A stretch of 64,000 nt of DNA from an uncultured Bacilli bacterium (GTDB taxonomy: Bacteria; Bacillota_I; Bacilli_A; RF39; UBA660). Shown here piece after piece: positions 63,386 through 64,000 of this stretch. Below the pieces are notes generated by a model that saw only the letters and a program-made list of their open reading frames with translations, was not told the DNA's origin and ran no database searches. The translations under genes were made by a program, and so were the position numbers. Each line of letters opens with the position of its first letter. The stretch's first letter is position 1. The stretch is taken from contig CAKOMI010000002.1 in assembly GCA_934096605.1 (NCBI GenBank), positions 789 to 64,788 of the forward strand. The letters are read 5' to 3'.

Positions 63386-64000
63386 ATGAATATAACAATT
63401 TTTAAAAGAGCAGGGGCTTACTTATTTGATATTTTAGTAGTTTCTATGATTGTCTCACTACTATCATACTTACCAATTTTAAATCCCAACCGAACATTAT
63501 ATAGCGAGAAATATAATGAACTAGTAAATGTCTATGAACAATATGAAAACAAAGAAATTAATGAAAGTGAATATGATGAAGCTAGAATTCCTATTTCTTA
63601 TGAATTATATCGTTTGAATATTTATTATGTTGTTTTAGATGTTATTATTGTTCTTCTATATTTTGGCGTTGTTCCATATTTCTTTGATGGTCAAACAGTT
63701 GGTAAAAAACTATTCCAAATTAAAATAGTTAGTAATGATAATAAACCACTTACAATAACTAATTATTTACTTAGAACAATCATTTTAAATAATATTTTAA
63801 TCTCGGTTATCCTACAATGTATTGTAAGTTTTGTGAGTGTCGATAACTATTACTTACTATATCAAAATGTTAATGTTGCTGGCTACATTATAATGTATAT
63901 TAACTTATTTATGATTATTGTAAGAAAAGATAATCGTGGTTTACATGATTTTGTCGCTGGTACTAAAGTAAAATACATTGGTAACGAAGAGAAAAAAAGG
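63386..64000 (+). CDS. RDD-family membrane protein, 3'-truncated by window edge (not in ORF track)
   Basis: ATG 63386 follows gaaagga. The frame is open to nt 64000. MNITIFKRAGAYLFDILVVSMIV.. and ..RKDNRGLHDFVAGTKV are typical RDD-domain ends. Confidence 0.65.
   Translation, partial: MNITIFKRAGAYLFDILVVSMIVSLLSYLPILNPNRTLYSEKYNELVNVYEQYENKEINESEYDEARIPISYELYRLNIYYVVLDVIIVLLYFGVVPYFFDGQTVGKKLFQIKIVSNDNKPLTITNYLLRTIILNNILISVILQCIVSFVSVDNYYLLYQNVNVAGYIIMYINLFMIIVRKDNRGLHDFVAGTKVKYIGNEEKKR

Noticed and set aside
1-64000. CRISPR arrays, rRNA genes, IS elements/transposases, integrases, prophage structural genes, reverse transcriptase
   Set aside because: I scanned the ORF translations and intergenic regions on both strands. 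No repeat-spacer periodicity, no DDE/tyrosine/serine recombinase motifs and no RT (YxDD) motif were recognised.

Overview
AT-rich chromosomal segment from a low-GC, endospore-forming Firmicute (dacB-spmA-spmB and cotJ genes are present; finer taxonomy cannot be fixed from sequence alone). Backbone genes: metallophosphoesterase, CPBP protease, rmuC, uppP, dacB-spmAB, der, tRNA-Asn(GTT), sipW, cutA, uvrB, CBS-type family II pyrophosphatase, SDR, NUDIX, tex, asnB, P-type ATPase, cotJ(A)B-cotJC, VanZ/RDD, infC-rpmI-rplT with an L20-leader-like attenuator, trxB. The accessory content is the interesting part. (1) A Tad/type IVc-like pilus machinery is split into a 9-gene adhesin/motor operon (6.1-15.1 kb) and a pilin/TadZ module (37.7-40.3 kb). 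Its five pilin-like proteins share a non-canonical short leader M-[KR]-[EQ]-[AS]-x(1-2)-G, and no prepilin peptidase is in the window. (2) A VirD4/TraG-type coupling protein, a three-domain cell-wall hydrolase and membrane proteins (29.7-36.6 kb) abut a 5'-truncated thyA remnant. (3) A family of lectin-tailed surface proteins with SipW-type signals has two genes and one remnant. One gene ends in an adenine-depleted, NNC-codon-rich segment resembling a diversity-generating-retroelement variable region, but no RT or TR is in the window. (4) A ~2.2-kb insertion sits in the 5' end of uvrB, with a 270-bp duplicated gene start and a lone 507-aa ORF. (5) An AbiEi/AbiEii cassette is bracketed by ~30-bp direct repeats and has a frameshifted toxin gene. 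(6) A duplicated ~320-bp module encodes a small hydrophobic peptide followed by convergent hairpins, resembling a type I toxin-antitoxin. (7) Ribosomal protein L20 carries a Rho_N/SAP-like C-terminal extension. No rRNA, CRISPR array, transposase or integrase gene was recognised.
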